Shown here in pieces: positions 1-13,017 of a stretch of 64,000 nucleotides of DNA. Under the pieces are notes generated by a model, which worked only from the letters and a program-made list of their open reading frames with translations, searched no databases and was not told the origin of the DNA. The DNA comes from Octopus sinensis (taxonomy: Eukaryota), in assembly GCF_006345805.1 (NCBI RefSeq), contig NC_043006.1, forward strand, positions 99,386,001-99,450,000, read 5' to 3'. The position numbers and the translations under genes were made by a program. The number at the start of each line of letters is the position of its first letter. Position 1 is the stretch's first letter.

Positions 1-1060
1 AATAACGATCCCAATTTATGCTTGTTGGGATTATAATTTTGATAGTAATTTACTTGCCCAAATAAAAGCTTGTAATATCACATTGTTATGTGGGGGGAGA
101 CATATCCTTAATTATGTCTGCCCTCAACGCGTCAGGACGTCTCCCATTTTATCAATAATTTGCCCTAAGTATTTGATTTTTGGCAAGAAGAACTCACATC
201 TCTTCTCACTCCATAGTCTACAATGTTTTTTTTTTCAAATATAGCTTTTATATGCACAATATAATGATCACGCGAATTAGTTTTAATCAATTTGTCATCC
301 AGACATAGAATTGTGAATTGACTGTCTGCTAACATCGCATCCATAACCTGTTGAAATATTGCAGGTGCGACCTTGAAACCAAGAGGCAGTCTATTATATC
401 GCTACAATCATCTGTCTGTTTTTACCGTTAGTAGTTTTGAGCTTTTCTCGACAACCTTTCTTGGCAGATATGCCACAAAAAAATCCAATTCGAGAATATT
501 TTGCCACTATTGAATTTTGAAAAACTAACCTCTGGAATAGGAAGTGGATAGTGACATGATTTTAAATCGTCATTCAGTCTCGTTCTAATGTAGGCACACA
601 CCTTAATTTTGTTATTTTTTTGTATATACACACACACTCCCATTTAGAGTAATCCATCTTTTAAATCATTCAACATTTTCCCAGTCTGTCTATATCTTCA
701 TCTATGTTGTTTAATTGCAGCGAACTTTACTTTGCTATTGTATTTGGATACTAACACAGCGTACTGACCGTACTTGGGTAAATATCTTTTTTACTTTCCT
801 CTTCACTTCCTCAGTCGGCTTATTTGTAGAGGGACAACCAATTGTTTTGGGAGTAGAGACTTATGTGGAGATCCCATCAGTCAAATAACGCTAACCATTT
901 GATACGAAACAGATTGGTTGCGTTCTTTACAACGAAAACATTCGTCTTGAAAGTTTTTCCTCGAAATGTGACATCATTCTACATTTCGCCTACAAAGTGT
1001 AGTTCGTCACGCGTCACGCCAAGTCAGTTTTCGCTGTTTCCCTACTTTCTTCCACCTGTC
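1..1060 (-). mobile_element. Degenerate Ty3/Gypsy LTR-retrotransposon pol fragment (protease-RT)
   Basis: Minus-strand translation from 398 down gives YNRLPLGFKVAPAIFQQVMDAMLAD..CLDD (YLDD-type motif) and later CEFFLPKIKYLGQII. ORF 428-643 has KVCA..TRLNDDLKSCHYPLP..FSKFNSGKIFS. The 900-1010 region gives a protease-adjacent HFVGE..VTFRGKTFKTNVFVVKNATNLF. Multiple stops and frameshifts. Confidence 0.85.
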
Positions 1061-1409
1061 GGTGTAAATGATTGGAATGTCACTACATATAGCACACACT
1101 CCCCAACACGTACACACCTGTACACCTCACCGAGGCAAACATATATAAAGAGATAGGTATAGCTATGCATATCTGAGTGTGCACATATGCGCTTGTTTGT
1201 GTGCATAAGCATATAGTAATTAACGACTTACTAATAATCGTGTTCAATGGAGGATACGTTTATTTAGCAACAACAGCTTTCCAGAATCCGCTTGCTCTTT
1301 AATGTATCCATGTCTTCTGGTATCATCATAAAGATAAATTAATTGTAATAATGCGCCATTCTGTACTTGCTTTCTCGTAATTCACAAATGACTTTGTCAA
1401 TGTTTCTGA

Positions 1410-1560
1410 TGAAGGCAGCGAACTTGCTGAATCGTTAGCATGCTGGGTGAAATGCTTATCGAAATGCGTCTGTACGTTCTGACTTCAAATTCCGTGGGGT
1501 TCGAATTTGCCTAACATCCTTTCGGGTTCGCTAAAATAAGGACCGCTTGATTACTGGTGC
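1410..1560 (+). mobile_element. Degraded tRNA-derived SINE, family A (ggcggtgagctggcagaa.. head)
   Basis: Diverged match to the head and B-box body (ttctgacttcaaattccg..cctttcggg) of the copies at 17820-17931 and 27454-27600. Confidence 0.6.
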
Positions 1561-2187
1561 AAATACAATCAGTTTAGACCCTTCCACGAAATAGATGGCC
1601 CCGTGTCAACATTTGAATATTGTTGCTGATAAAATTCACAGCATTAGATATGAACATTTGTGAAACGATATATACTCACAGGAGATTTTCTGATTTATCT
1701 TACTTGTTACATATCTCTGTAGTGAGCATTCGTCTATATCTTACCATTAACAATTATTTCATAGCTACTCTTAAGATTTTATTTTCAATGCCACAAACAA
1801 CTGAAATGACAACTAACATTTGAATTTGATTATACTAATTAACTGTTTTGCTTCTGTCGTTTTAAATAGTGATCTATAATTGGGTCCTTAACCATTTTTT
1901 ACAGTATGATCATGAGGATTACAAATTTTAGATTTCTATAATAGTTGAATGCTGATAACTAACGTTCTTTACTAACTAATTTGTTTCATTCTTTTATTGT
2001 CTGCGTTTGTACCAACAAGATAACATTACATCATTATGATTATTATTGCACAGATATGGATCTTCTAATTCTCTAGAGTAAACAAAATAGTTTCTGATAA
2101 TCAATCTTTTTCCCGTACATCTTAGTAGAGTTTAAAGTTCAAAGTTAATTGAAAAATCGTTTTGTGTTCCTATGTTCCTATATGTGT

Positions 2188-2190
2188 TCC

Positions 2191-2227
<37 letters not shown>

Positions 2228-2228
2228 A

Positions 2229-2275
<47 letters not shown>

Positions 2276-2276
2276 A

Positions 2277-2321
<45 letters not shown>

Positions 2322-2325
2322 ATGC
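2188..2325. repeat. Compound (TG)n microsatellite
   Basis: Direct reading; explains ORFs 2149-2346 and 2162-2350. Confidence 0.95.
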
Positions 2326-3469
2326 ATGCCTAACCAGAAGGTGTAGTTAGTGTGGAAATATAACAAAATATTATGATCTTTTGACCCACGGAACTGGAAA
2401 AATATTTTTTTTTATTTTAAATGTTTTTTGTCGATAAGTTAAATATGAATGTCTGCACAGTAAGATGCTTTCCCCCGGGAGTCATTATATTTCATATTGC
2501 TGGTTACATTCCATTTAGCCCCAAACATATTTTAGCTTCAGAAGCACCAGAAGCTGTTTCAAAGCCCTCAGCATCAACAGTCCATATGGATGATGTAGAA
2601 TTTTGCTACATTGCAAGACAGATTAATTTTTAAATTTCTGATTGTGTTTGCATCTCTGTTATAAGTAGAGAGTGATTTTATTTTTTTCTCTTTTCCAGTA
2701 AATTATTTTCGATATGATTACCATCAACATCAATATACACACCATCAACATTATCACAAATGCTTATTACATTTTTCTGTTATCCGCCTTCTCCATATAG
2801 AGTCTCTGAGAACTTTTGGATCATTCCCAGATTGCGTTTATCAGTTGGTGAAGAATATTCTTTATTAAAATGTTAAAAGGAATATTTCAAATATGTAAGA
2901 ACAGAAAACAATGGAGTACTTTTAAGCAGCATTTATACATATAATTACATTTGTAGTAATTTTCAATTTCGTGAGATGTATGTACATTAACTGCAAACAT
3001 AAATAATTCACATTAGACAAAGTTTTTCAACGCTTAAACAAACTTCATTATAAACTTAATGAGGATTCGATAAAGATATTTACAAACGAAGATATAATTT
3101 AAGAGAATAGAAGCATTCCAATAATAATTCTATACAAAATAATCTTAATTTCTATAACTTGTAAACCATGAAAACATCGGCAACAGCAATTCACATATAC
3201 CCATGCACAGACGTAAGCACAAATACACCCACACATTAAGTCACGTGAAAGTAATTCTGAAATATTTAGTGTTAGCAAACGTCAAAGAAACGAAACTTGA
3301 GTTTCACTAAAACAACCCAAAGCAGTTGAATTCTACATTTACCGTTGCTATCATTGTCATTTCACCACGTTAGTTTGTGCTAGCTATGATAGATACATAA
3401 ATAGAGATATTTTATAGAGCGACGCAGATCTTATGGAACTATATGTAGCATTTTTCTTTCACCACTCTA

Positions 3470-3668
3470 GGTAGAACGCCCTAGATTTTGGGGGAGGGGA
3501 CCAGTCGATTAGATCGACCCAGAAGGCAACAGGTAATTAATTGATCGACCCCCAAAGCATGAAAGGCAGAGTCGTCTTCGACGGAATTTGGCCTCAGGAC
3601 GTAAAGACAAACGCAATACTGCAAAGCATTTCGCCTGCTGTGCTAACGTTTCTGCCAGCACGCCACCT
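3470..3668 (-). mobile_element. SINE family A monomer with short cccctcccccaaaat tail
   Basis: Plus strand gcatttcgcctgctgtgctaacgtttctgccagcacgcc is the reverse complement of the family A head; body and tail also match. Confidence 0.8.
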
Positions 3669-6523
3669 TAACTATATGTAACATTATTAACACTGATTAT
3701 TAACAGAAGCGCTGAGCTGATTAAGTGTCTTAGACGCATTATGCAGATCTGGCAATACTTTCCAAAGTTATTTCGTATATAGTTGCATCATGAGCAGCAT
3801 CAAAAGCAGTTTTACAACAAACCACTACAGCATACAAAATGTAGTCGTGCTATCATATGAAAAACCTGGAGGGAGGCAGTAAGAACGTAACCAACATAAA
3901 TTTCGTCAATGTCTATTAACAGCAATACATCAAAGCCATTTGCTGATGTTATTTTATTTTATTTATTTTGTTTCTTTTTATTTATTTGTTTGTTTGCTCA
4001 TTTTCAATGGTCACGCTTGAAATTGAGCTCTAAAGAGCCACCACCATTAGTAGAAGCGATATCGTTGCCAGCAATGAAGGAAGCAGTGGCACAAAAAGCC
4101 AAATTGAAAATCGTATAATAGCAAACACTTTTGCAAGACACAAATTGCTGGATGAAAATTTGCCGAAAGAAAAAACGAAAATGTGATTAACTGGAATGTG
4201 ATTATACGTGAAAAACCTCATCCTCCAAATTATCAGTTTCCTACGAATGTAACAATGCATAATCGGGGGAAATATAATGGTGGGAAAATCTCCACGAAGT
4301 AAAGCGTAGATTTACTTAAATATGAGTTTCTGGAGGTGGTTTCTATCACGCGAAGAGAAAAAATATGGAAAATATAACCTCTTCCCACAATTCCACTCGC
4401 ATATAATAATCTTCAGCTTTTGCGATCATTACTATTATCATCGTTCCATTCACTTAAAATCATCAACAGTTGTAGTAGCAGTAGAAATTACCCTATCAAT
4501 ATTAAAAGACAGAGGCCCTTAAACCATTTACAAAATATCTTTGATCATTATTTATAGCATTAATCATTTTGGTATATAAGGCATGCTTCCATTTTTAAAG
4601 GCAAAATCCAGCACAAAGACAATATATAAAATTGTGCATGCATTTTATGAAATGATTTTAGAAACAATGACGAGAAGGTCAAGTGATGTAGTATAATAGG
4701 GTTGCATCAGAAGACACGACAGGTTGTATAGAAAATATTACAAACAGTTATAGTAATGTGAACTAAAAGAAGAAAACATTATTGTTTTCTCGAAATACTT
4801 TCATACTCCTACAGATATAAATTGGCCGGTAATTCAATTTATCTTTCTCCGAAGTATAAACGAGTTTCAACTCAGCATCGCTCGACCTGAGATGGAATAC
4901 CACTGAATTTAATTTTTTTTTTAGTCATTATGCTCGGTGCTTTAACGTTTCTACCAATTTAATAGTCATGTCAAAATAAAGATAGAATAACTAAGTAAAT
5001 TTGAATACCAAAAACAGGGCTCTTTTACTGTTCATAAACGTAACGCTAGGATCCAATATGGGGAGGGTTGGTTTGGCCATGCAACGTGAAATTGAAAGAG
5101 ATTTTTAGTAAATGTTTAAAGAAAAAAATCATTAAAAAATGAATACTGAATATATAACGTCATGAAAGGTTTTTTTATTTAATATTCACAAGTGCTGTTC
5201 TCTTCATAAAAGTGATTGAAAGTTCTTTGTAGAATAATGCATAACTACAGTCAGACCTCCTGAGGTAATATAAAGGAGTTTTTATGCATAATTTTATAAC
5301 GATATTGAAAATAGAACGTATCGATACTGTCACTTGAACCAACCAAAGCAGAAAACAAATGAAACATAATTGTTAAAAAACGCAAATTCAGGCCAGAATC
5401 TGGGATATTTAAATGTGTGTATATATTAATGTATGGATGTGTGTGCATACGAGTGCATTTATGAGTGTGTGTGTATGTATGTGTGTGTGAATGTGTGTTT
5501 ATGAATGTGTGTGTATGTATGTGAATGTACGCATGTGTGTCTGAGTGGGTGTGAGTCTGCATGTATACATACATAAAAATTTAGAGCATTTTTCCATGTC
5601 CTATGTTTTATTATTGTTTTCATATATGGATATGTGTGTGTGTGTTTAAATATATATTATAGCGTCCGATGTAATTGCTTATGTGTCCATGGTGTCGATA
5701 TCTCTGAAATATATATGTCTAGGAGCTGAGCGTAACACCGTTATTGTCAATATCGGACTATCATCTTTATCGTCTTCTTCATCTTCATTATAACATTTGT
5801 TTTGATTTGTCAAACTTATGAAGAAGTTCAATAGGCGACATTCCAAAAATGGTGTGTCTGATATTTTGCTTCCATTTATCTTTCAATTTATTTCTTTTAT
5901 GAATTTCCTGCTGTACATCTAAATAAATAAAGGCCACTGTCATTATTAATATTGATATTATTAAAATGATGATGTCCAAAATCAATACGGTGACGATGTG
6001 ATGATGTATATACTTTGGCATAACTCTGATTTTCTCTATACATAATGTATATTCAATATAAATACTGAAAACATTGGATTCGCTTTTGCTTTCGCCATAC
6101 ATTACTATTCATGTACGTATGTGAGAAATATATATTTTTGGCTTCAATGTTTAGCACAAGGCATGTAATTTTGGGTAAGGGTCGCAAGTTGATTGGATCG
6201 ACTCCGGCTCTCGACTGCTATTTAACTACTTGACCTTCAAATGATGAAATGCAAAGTTCAGCTTGTCGGAACTTTACCCGTTGTGTTAACGATTCTCCCA
6301 GCTCGCATCCTTTGAATTATATATTGACATTTGAAAATTGCGATCATATACAGACCATTTCAAAAAAATTTTAGCGGTGTATGTTTCGGTCTTTTAAAAT
6401 CTGAGTTCAGATGCCGTCGAGTTTAGATTTTACCTTTCTACCTTCCGCACCGAATGAGGGCAATATCTTGCTTTCTTCAATATTGTCTAAATCAGAAACA
6501 TCTGTTACTTTTAAACATAAGAA

Positions 6524-6844
6524 TACACCTTCTCCTCGACTCACGACCTAAGCGACTTACGACCACAAAATATAAGGAAATAAAAGAAAAAAACTAAATA
6601 GATTAAAATATCACTTTTCTGATATTTCTCAGCCGTGCATACGGTAATTGTGCAGCATCAGGCAACAGAGTCCTCTTTGAGATCCAGGCATCTATTGCCT
6701 TCCACTGTCTCCCACTCATTCGCTTTCAAGCATTAGTTGCGTTTAAATGAAAATAGTGTCGAAAAATATAAATCCGACATAGGATCAGATCGGCTTCCAA
6801 TCTATCAGTCGGGACGGAATTCGGTCGTAAGTAGAGGAGGTGTA
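6524..6844. mobile_element. Pogo/Tigger-type MITE
   Basis: Imperfect TIRs tacacc..cctcgactcacgacc (left) and ggtcgtaagtagaggaggtgta (right), TA at both ends, no coding capacity. Confidence 0.6.
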
Positions 6845-7971
6845 TTTAAAGCGTGGGAAGAATATAGTGCAGTGTATAATTCAATCAATTTGTGATGTGA
6901 TGTGTTTTATTCCTACCGAATTCTCATTTGCATTTCACCTATGCAGTGCCATAATTTTTTTTTTAAACTAGCAAAGTAATTGCAACCCTTTCATTGAATA
7001 ACTTCTTTTCTTGAAATGGTATGCCTGTATCAGAGAGAACTAATTATCATTAAGGAACTAGAATCCTAAACAACGCGTTGTTATTTATTACTCACAGACG
7101 ACATGGGGCAATGTCCGATAATTTTTCAGTCCCCTGACCTTATTAATAATACCTATAAATATCTCTCATTTCAATGTATTTCAAACTATTCAACAAATTT
7201 ACTTTTGACAATAAGAAGCCAAGAAAATTGGAACTCAATATAAATGTAAATATTATTCTATGTTTAACTATTAATCAGATTAATTAGATAATGAGATTTA
7301 TTGATATTCACTTCAATGAACGTCTTGAAAAATCAAACATGCGTATATGTCATAATGAATATATTTAGATATCACTCAGAACAATATCGATTTTTATTAA
7401 TTAGATAGATAGCAGACAATTTTAGTAAAATTTAATTAAAAGATAAATTAAAACAAGGTCTCAGACATTGCTACACAATATTGACAATTCATATTAATGT
7501 GACAATAGCGATAACAATGATGCTTTTTCTTTCTTTTTATGTTAGACATATTGCTGAGAGATATCACCTTCATAGAAAAATGAACAGGCAATGTCTGTTA
7601 AATCTCAAGATTACTTTTAAAAACTCTGGTACGATTTTATTGAGTACCAGATTGTTTCCGTTGTCACAAGCTCATACATGCACTGTAAATGTCTCCTGAT
7701 GTGTATTAGATACGCTGAAATCACAGACATTACGCAAGTACACACTTACCCAGGTATACTCTCATACATATACCTCCGCATATATCACAGATAAACTTCT
7801 TACGGACACATAAGCACAATTATACTTTAAATTAAATTATCTAACTCACCAATAACTAGTGCATAATACTATACTTTCTACTGAACATGGCTAATAATAT
7901 TTTGAAACGACATTAGGTAGGAAATTATATTAGTGCGCTAATAAACGCTTGGTACGCACATCAGCGAAGAC

Positions 7972-8300
7972 GCATAGCTCATTGGTTTGAGCGTCAGTCT
8001 CACATTCATGAGGTTGTGAGTTCGATTCCTGCACCGAGCTGTGTGATGTGTTCTTAAAGAAGACAATTTATTTCACGTTGCTCCAGTTTACTCAGCTGTG
8101 GAAATGAGTCAGGACTTCACAGGTGCCAGGCTGTATCGGCCTTAACCTTTCTTTACCTTGTGCAACATCGGTGGCGTTGAGATGGGGGACTGGAATGCAT
8201 GGGTGACCACTGGCCTCACATAAACAATCTTGACGGGACTTGTGCCGCGGAGAACTTTCTAGTTGCAATCCCAGAGTCATTCATGACTGAAGCGCGGTAG
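7972..8300 (+). mobile_element. tRNA-derived SINE with V/CORE-like central domain
   Basis: A-box tagctcattgg, B-box gagttcgattcct, then gtgttcttaaagaagacaat..cacgttgctccagtttactcagctg, which is also seen in the 12573-12820 copy. Confidence 0.7.
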
Positions 8301-8644
8301 TATTTTCCCTTTTTACGCTCATCACAAAGATGCTGAAATAACCAATATTTACAGTAAAATTGCTGGAAAATTAGATTCACAATCTCTTTAAAGATCCGAT
8401 AAGCAAATTGAGAATAAAACGAACACACGAACATGGATAACTAGAAGCTATACTGGTCAATGAGAGCAAAGCACCACTCGGTGCCATGGCAACGGGTCAG
8501 GAGAACATCAACTACCCGTTAGCCAACAGCAACTAGCGTCTGCTTGATTTCACCATCTGATCTCATTTTTCTCAGACTTACATCAGTAAATCGGAATTCA
8601 ATTCAAAAGACTACCATCATCAAGACAGGTCAGATTTCGCTTCA

Positions 8645-8699
8645 GCAGAAACAACAACAACAACAACAGTAACTACTACTACTACTACTACTACTACTG

Positions 8700-8746
<47 letters not shown>

Positions 8747-8774
8747 GCATCTGCTGCAGCTGCTACTACTACTG

Positions 8775-8806
<32 letters not shown>

Positions 8807-8867
8807 GCTGCATCTGCTGCTGCTACTACTACTACTACTACTACTAATACTACTACTACTACTACTT

Positions 8868-8923
<56 letters not shown>

Positions 8924-8932
8924 ACTACTACT
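8645..8932. repeat. Compound (ACA)/(ACT)/(GCT)n trinucleotide microsatellite
   Basis: Direct reading; source of the poly-V/A ORF 8620-8970. Confidence 0.95.
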
Positions 8933-9499
8933 TTAAGAACTCCGATCAACAAGTCACCCAACCTTCTCACATGCTAATACAGAAAAAAAAACTATTAAAC
9001 TCCTAAAAATCCTGCCGTTATCATTCTCAACGTATGTATGTTAAGTTGCACCAAACAGGAACAACAACCAGGAAGACTCTGCTTCCTTCTCTCGTCCTTC
9101 CTTATGCCATATACTTACAAAGGACACTTGTCCATATCGTATAACGGCAACAGTCTGTTTCCACCTTTAAACCCGCTCCTCTATCAACTACAAAATCTCT
9201 GATCCTAACCCTGAATAAGGATGTAGAATATGCAACAGGTGTGCCTTCATTCGTCCTAAACGGTACCAGAATCTTCTACTTCTAGGGATATATCTGAACC
9301 TGGAATGTAGCTACCGCCGTCTAGAAAGCACAAAAGAAAAGAAAGATGCAACAAATACAAAATACAACTATACTCCACCTCCTCACGTCGACCAACAAAG
9401 TATCCCATCTATCAGAAGGAACAACAGGAAAAACATAACATCAAATAGAATAAAAAAGTACAACACATCACCTAAAAAGACGAATTATGAAGGAAGATT

Positions 9500-10040
9500 T
9501 TAATTTTCACTGACCTCTCTGAAGTACATGAAGGCCAGCATAAGCCTGGAGGACCAACGGGCTGTCAGCAGCCGTTTATTCAGAAGTAACCCCTACCATC
9601 AGCTAGCACATGACTCCTCGCATACATCTAGGATATTGCTCCCTACACGAAACAAAACGTTACGGTATTTGAGACATCACAGGGAACATCCACAAAAAAA
9701 ATAAGACTGATCGTAAGACATTGAATCTTCATTCATTATACCGTAGTTCTCAGCGCTATATAACATGCCACTAGCATTGTACAAACGACCTGCACAGCAG
9801 ATAAAGAATTCATCCTTGTTTGGGGACACGTGCTATTCGTCCACGACTCAATTAAGACTCACAACACATAAATTTACTACAAACAATTTGCTTTCCTCAA
9901 GAAGACCTGCTCTATTCAACATTATCCCGAAACTAATCAAAGAGGGAAAAGATCTCCTCACCTTTAAACGAAAACTGGTATATTTCTTCAAACAGTAGCA
10001 GACGAGCCACATATACCCGTATATAGCTATGTTAATAACT
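9500..10040 (+). mobile_element. Degraded CR1-like LINE 3' end
   Basis: PALFNIIPKLIKEGKDLLTFKRKLVYFFKQ*ADEP..NNSL parallels the C-terminus of the better-preserved LINE at 55020-56075 (GPQLFNILPK..FKTKLDLFLSRVPDE..SNSL). Confidence 0.65.
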
Positions 10041-11535
10041 CCTTGAATTGGCTACGATAACAAAAAAAACTGTCTTATTAATTTAGACATGGTCTGGGTC
10101 AGACTTTGATCGAAACATATCTAGGTTATCAAAATAATACATGAAAACATCTTCATATATTTCGCAAAACAAGGAAGTTATATCAAACTGGTGGCAGAGA
10201 ATGAGATATTGCTTGAGCTCTCCACTTCCTGTCTCATCGAGAATTTGACAGTGACAAGTGAAAATTTAGCACAATTTCAAATTTGAAGCTCACGTTACTG
10301 ATGCATCACAACTTACCTACAGCTGATACTAAAATATGAGACATTAAATCGACACACTCTATAGTGAGCAACATCAAGATTACTAGAATGAGCATACTAT
10401 GAACTGGGCTGCCAAGTTTTAAAAGTGCAGATTTAAATAAACGTTTCAGCTTCGTAAATATCAATGATATCCTATTTGCAAGATGTTCCAACTCATGACC
10501 TGTTTTCATGAACAAATATAGCTTAACATTTTGCTTGTATCATATGTATCACCGTGAAGCTGATTTAATGCGTATAGAAGGGGATTTTGAAAGCCGTATT
10601 CAGCACTTAGTCATATTTCCTCCTATTCTCACCAGCAAGTTGACAAGCAAATCAGATATCTGCCACCCCGTGGAGTGCTCTTTACATATTTACATTGTCT
10701 ACACACTTCGTAATTGAATTTGCATTTCTATAAATTCCAAGAAGGGAATGTCTCTGTCTTCAAACGAAAGTGCCCTATGTCATGACAAACAGACTTCCTG
10801 GATCTTCGCCCAGCAAAACAATACATACTTGGATAAGAAAAACGATACTAATATATTTCATAAGCTTTTATTTATTAGTGGTTGATTTTAAAGATAACAG
10901 AATTTGTGGGAGGCATTTTCCATAAATTCATTTGTATTTAATACGAGATGTAAGATATCTCTTATTTCAGATATTTCGTAAATTCATATAAGCGAAAGCA
11001 ACTATTCAATGTACAATCTTATTCTGTAATATATTACATTGGAACATCCCAGTTTGTATAAATATAAACAAACCTACACTGCATGTGTAGGTTTGTATGG
11101 CTGAGTGTGTCAGTGTGAGTGAATGTGTTTGTGTGTCTGTTTGTCTGTTTGTGTATGTTTATGTTTGTGTGTGTGTGTGTGTCTGTCTGCGAGAGTAATT
11201 GTGCGCATAATATATATACGAATATAAGGCAACGAGCTGGCAGAAGTATTACTGTGCCGGACAAAATGCTTAGCTATATATACATCTGAATCCAAAGGAT
11301 GCCGGATTCGACTTTGCTTTCGTCATACCCAGTCGTTCAAATAAGTACATGTGGGGACACCGACGCCGTCAGTGATGTACTCACTCCCTTAACGTTTCTG
11401 GCCTTTTGCTGAAGTTTAAAACCAATATATGTATATATAGATTTATATAGAAATATTACACAGACTCCGGATTATCGGTATGCTGACATTCAACAGATTA
11501 TACTGAATTATCTTACATTTTGATTTTAATGTATG

Positions 11536-11950
11536 TGGTGGCGTGGTAAGTATCTTGCTTACCCACCACATGGTTCCGGGTTCAGTCCCGCTGCGTGGCA
11601 TCTTGGGCAAGTGTCTTCTACTATAGCCTGGGACCGTCCAAAGCCTTGTGAGTGGATTTGGTAGACGGAAACTGAAAGAAGCCCGTCGTATATATATATA
11701 TATATATGTGTGTGTGTATGCATATGTGTGTGTTTGTGTGTTTGTGTTTGTCCCCACCAACTTCGCCTAACAACCGAATTTGGTGTGTTTACGTCCCCGT
11801 AACTTAGCGGTTTGGCAAAACACAATGATAGAATAAGTACTAATCTCATGAACAGTACACCCTAGGTTTAATTTCTTCGAGTAAAACCCTCTGCAGCGGT
11901 ACCCCAGCATGGCCGCAATCAAATGACTGAAACATGTAAAAGAATAAAAA
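11536..11950 (+). mobile_element. CORE-type tRNA SINE (family B) with internal (TA)n(TG)n tract
   Basis: tRNA-like head (ggttccgggttcagtccc), CORE-like cttgggcaagtgtctt, internal microsatellite, tail cagcatggccgca..aaatgactgaaaca.gtaaaaga. CORE-SINEs (OR1/OR2) are described from octopus. Confidence 0.9.
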
Positions 11951-11954
11951 ATAA

Positions 11955-12007
11955 TATACATATATACATATATATTATATATATATTTATATACATACAT
12001 ATATATG

Positions 12008-12039
<32 letters not shown>

Positions 12040-12054
12040 ATATACACATATATA

Positions 12055-12095
<41 letters not shown>

Positions 12096-12110
12096 TATAT
12101 ATATATATAC

Positions 12111-12147
<37 letters not shown>
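11955..12147. repeat. (TA)n-(GA)n microsatellite
   Basis: Direct reading. Confidence 0.95.
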
Positions 12148-12151
<4 letters not shown>

Positions 12152-12572
12152 AAAATAATAAAAGGCTTCCAAATAAGGAAGCGTAGTGCTAGAAACACAA
12201 AAGGGGATAAATTCATGAAAGGAATGAAAATCAAAAACATTTACCATCCCAGCTATATCCCAGACCGAACGGTTTCTACCTCTTTTTTAGCAAACACACA
12301 GAATATATTTGCCAGGCCAGGTTCTTCAGTGGGAAGCCTTCGTAATACTAGACGCACTGACTGTTAGAAGCACATGTAGATCTAACGGCTTGTATATCCT
12401 AACTTTTCAAACCTCTGCGCAGACGCAAACCATACCCGGCGAACAGAGGGGATGCCGGTAAAAGATTTACGAACAAATTTATCAAGCAATATTAAAACAT
12501 AATCAAATAGGGTAATAATAATTTATTTTATTACCCTATTTGATTATGTTTTTATATATATATATATATATA

Positions 12573-12820
12573 AAGGCCCTTTTAAAGCCTAGCCAGGCTC
12601 ATGGGCCCGGTTTCCCGGTTTCAATAGCGTATGTGTTCCCCAGCTGGACGGGACGCCAGCCGATTGCAGCGTTGCTCATTTTTGCCAGCTGGCTGGACTG
12701 GGGCAACATGAAGTGTAGTGTTTGGCTCAAGAACACAACGCATCGCCCGGTCCAGGAATGGAAACCACAATCTTGCGATCATGATGCTGATACCCTTCCC
12801 ACTACGCCACGCGCCTCCAC
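12573..12820 (-). mobile_element. tRNA-derived SINE (gtggaggcgcgtggc.. head)
   Basis: Reverse complement reads gtggaggcgcgtggcgtagtggg..ggtttccattcctggaccggg..gtgttcttgagccaaacact..catgttgccccagtcca, with A and B boxes recognisable. Confidence 0.85.
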
Positions 12821-12901
12821 ACACACACAAACACACTCACACACACACACATATAGATATATATATATATACATATATATATGTATATACATATATATAT
12901 C

Positions 12902-12980
<79 letters not shown>

Positions 12981-13017
12981 TATATATATATAGTGTATAT
13001 ATATAGTGTATATATAT
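12819..13017. repeat. (CA)n-(TA)n microsatellite
   Basis: Direct reading. Confidence 0.95.

Noticed and set aside
1405-1445. ctgatgaaggcagc..gctg hammerhead-like start
   Set aside because: No GAAA after the stem; the stem is part of a family A SINE head.
4030-4500. GPCR-like hydrophobic minus-strand frames
   Set aside because: No diagnostic motifs (DRY, NPxxY, conserved Cys/Trp), several frame breaks, and hydrophobicity is expected from AT-rich antisense.
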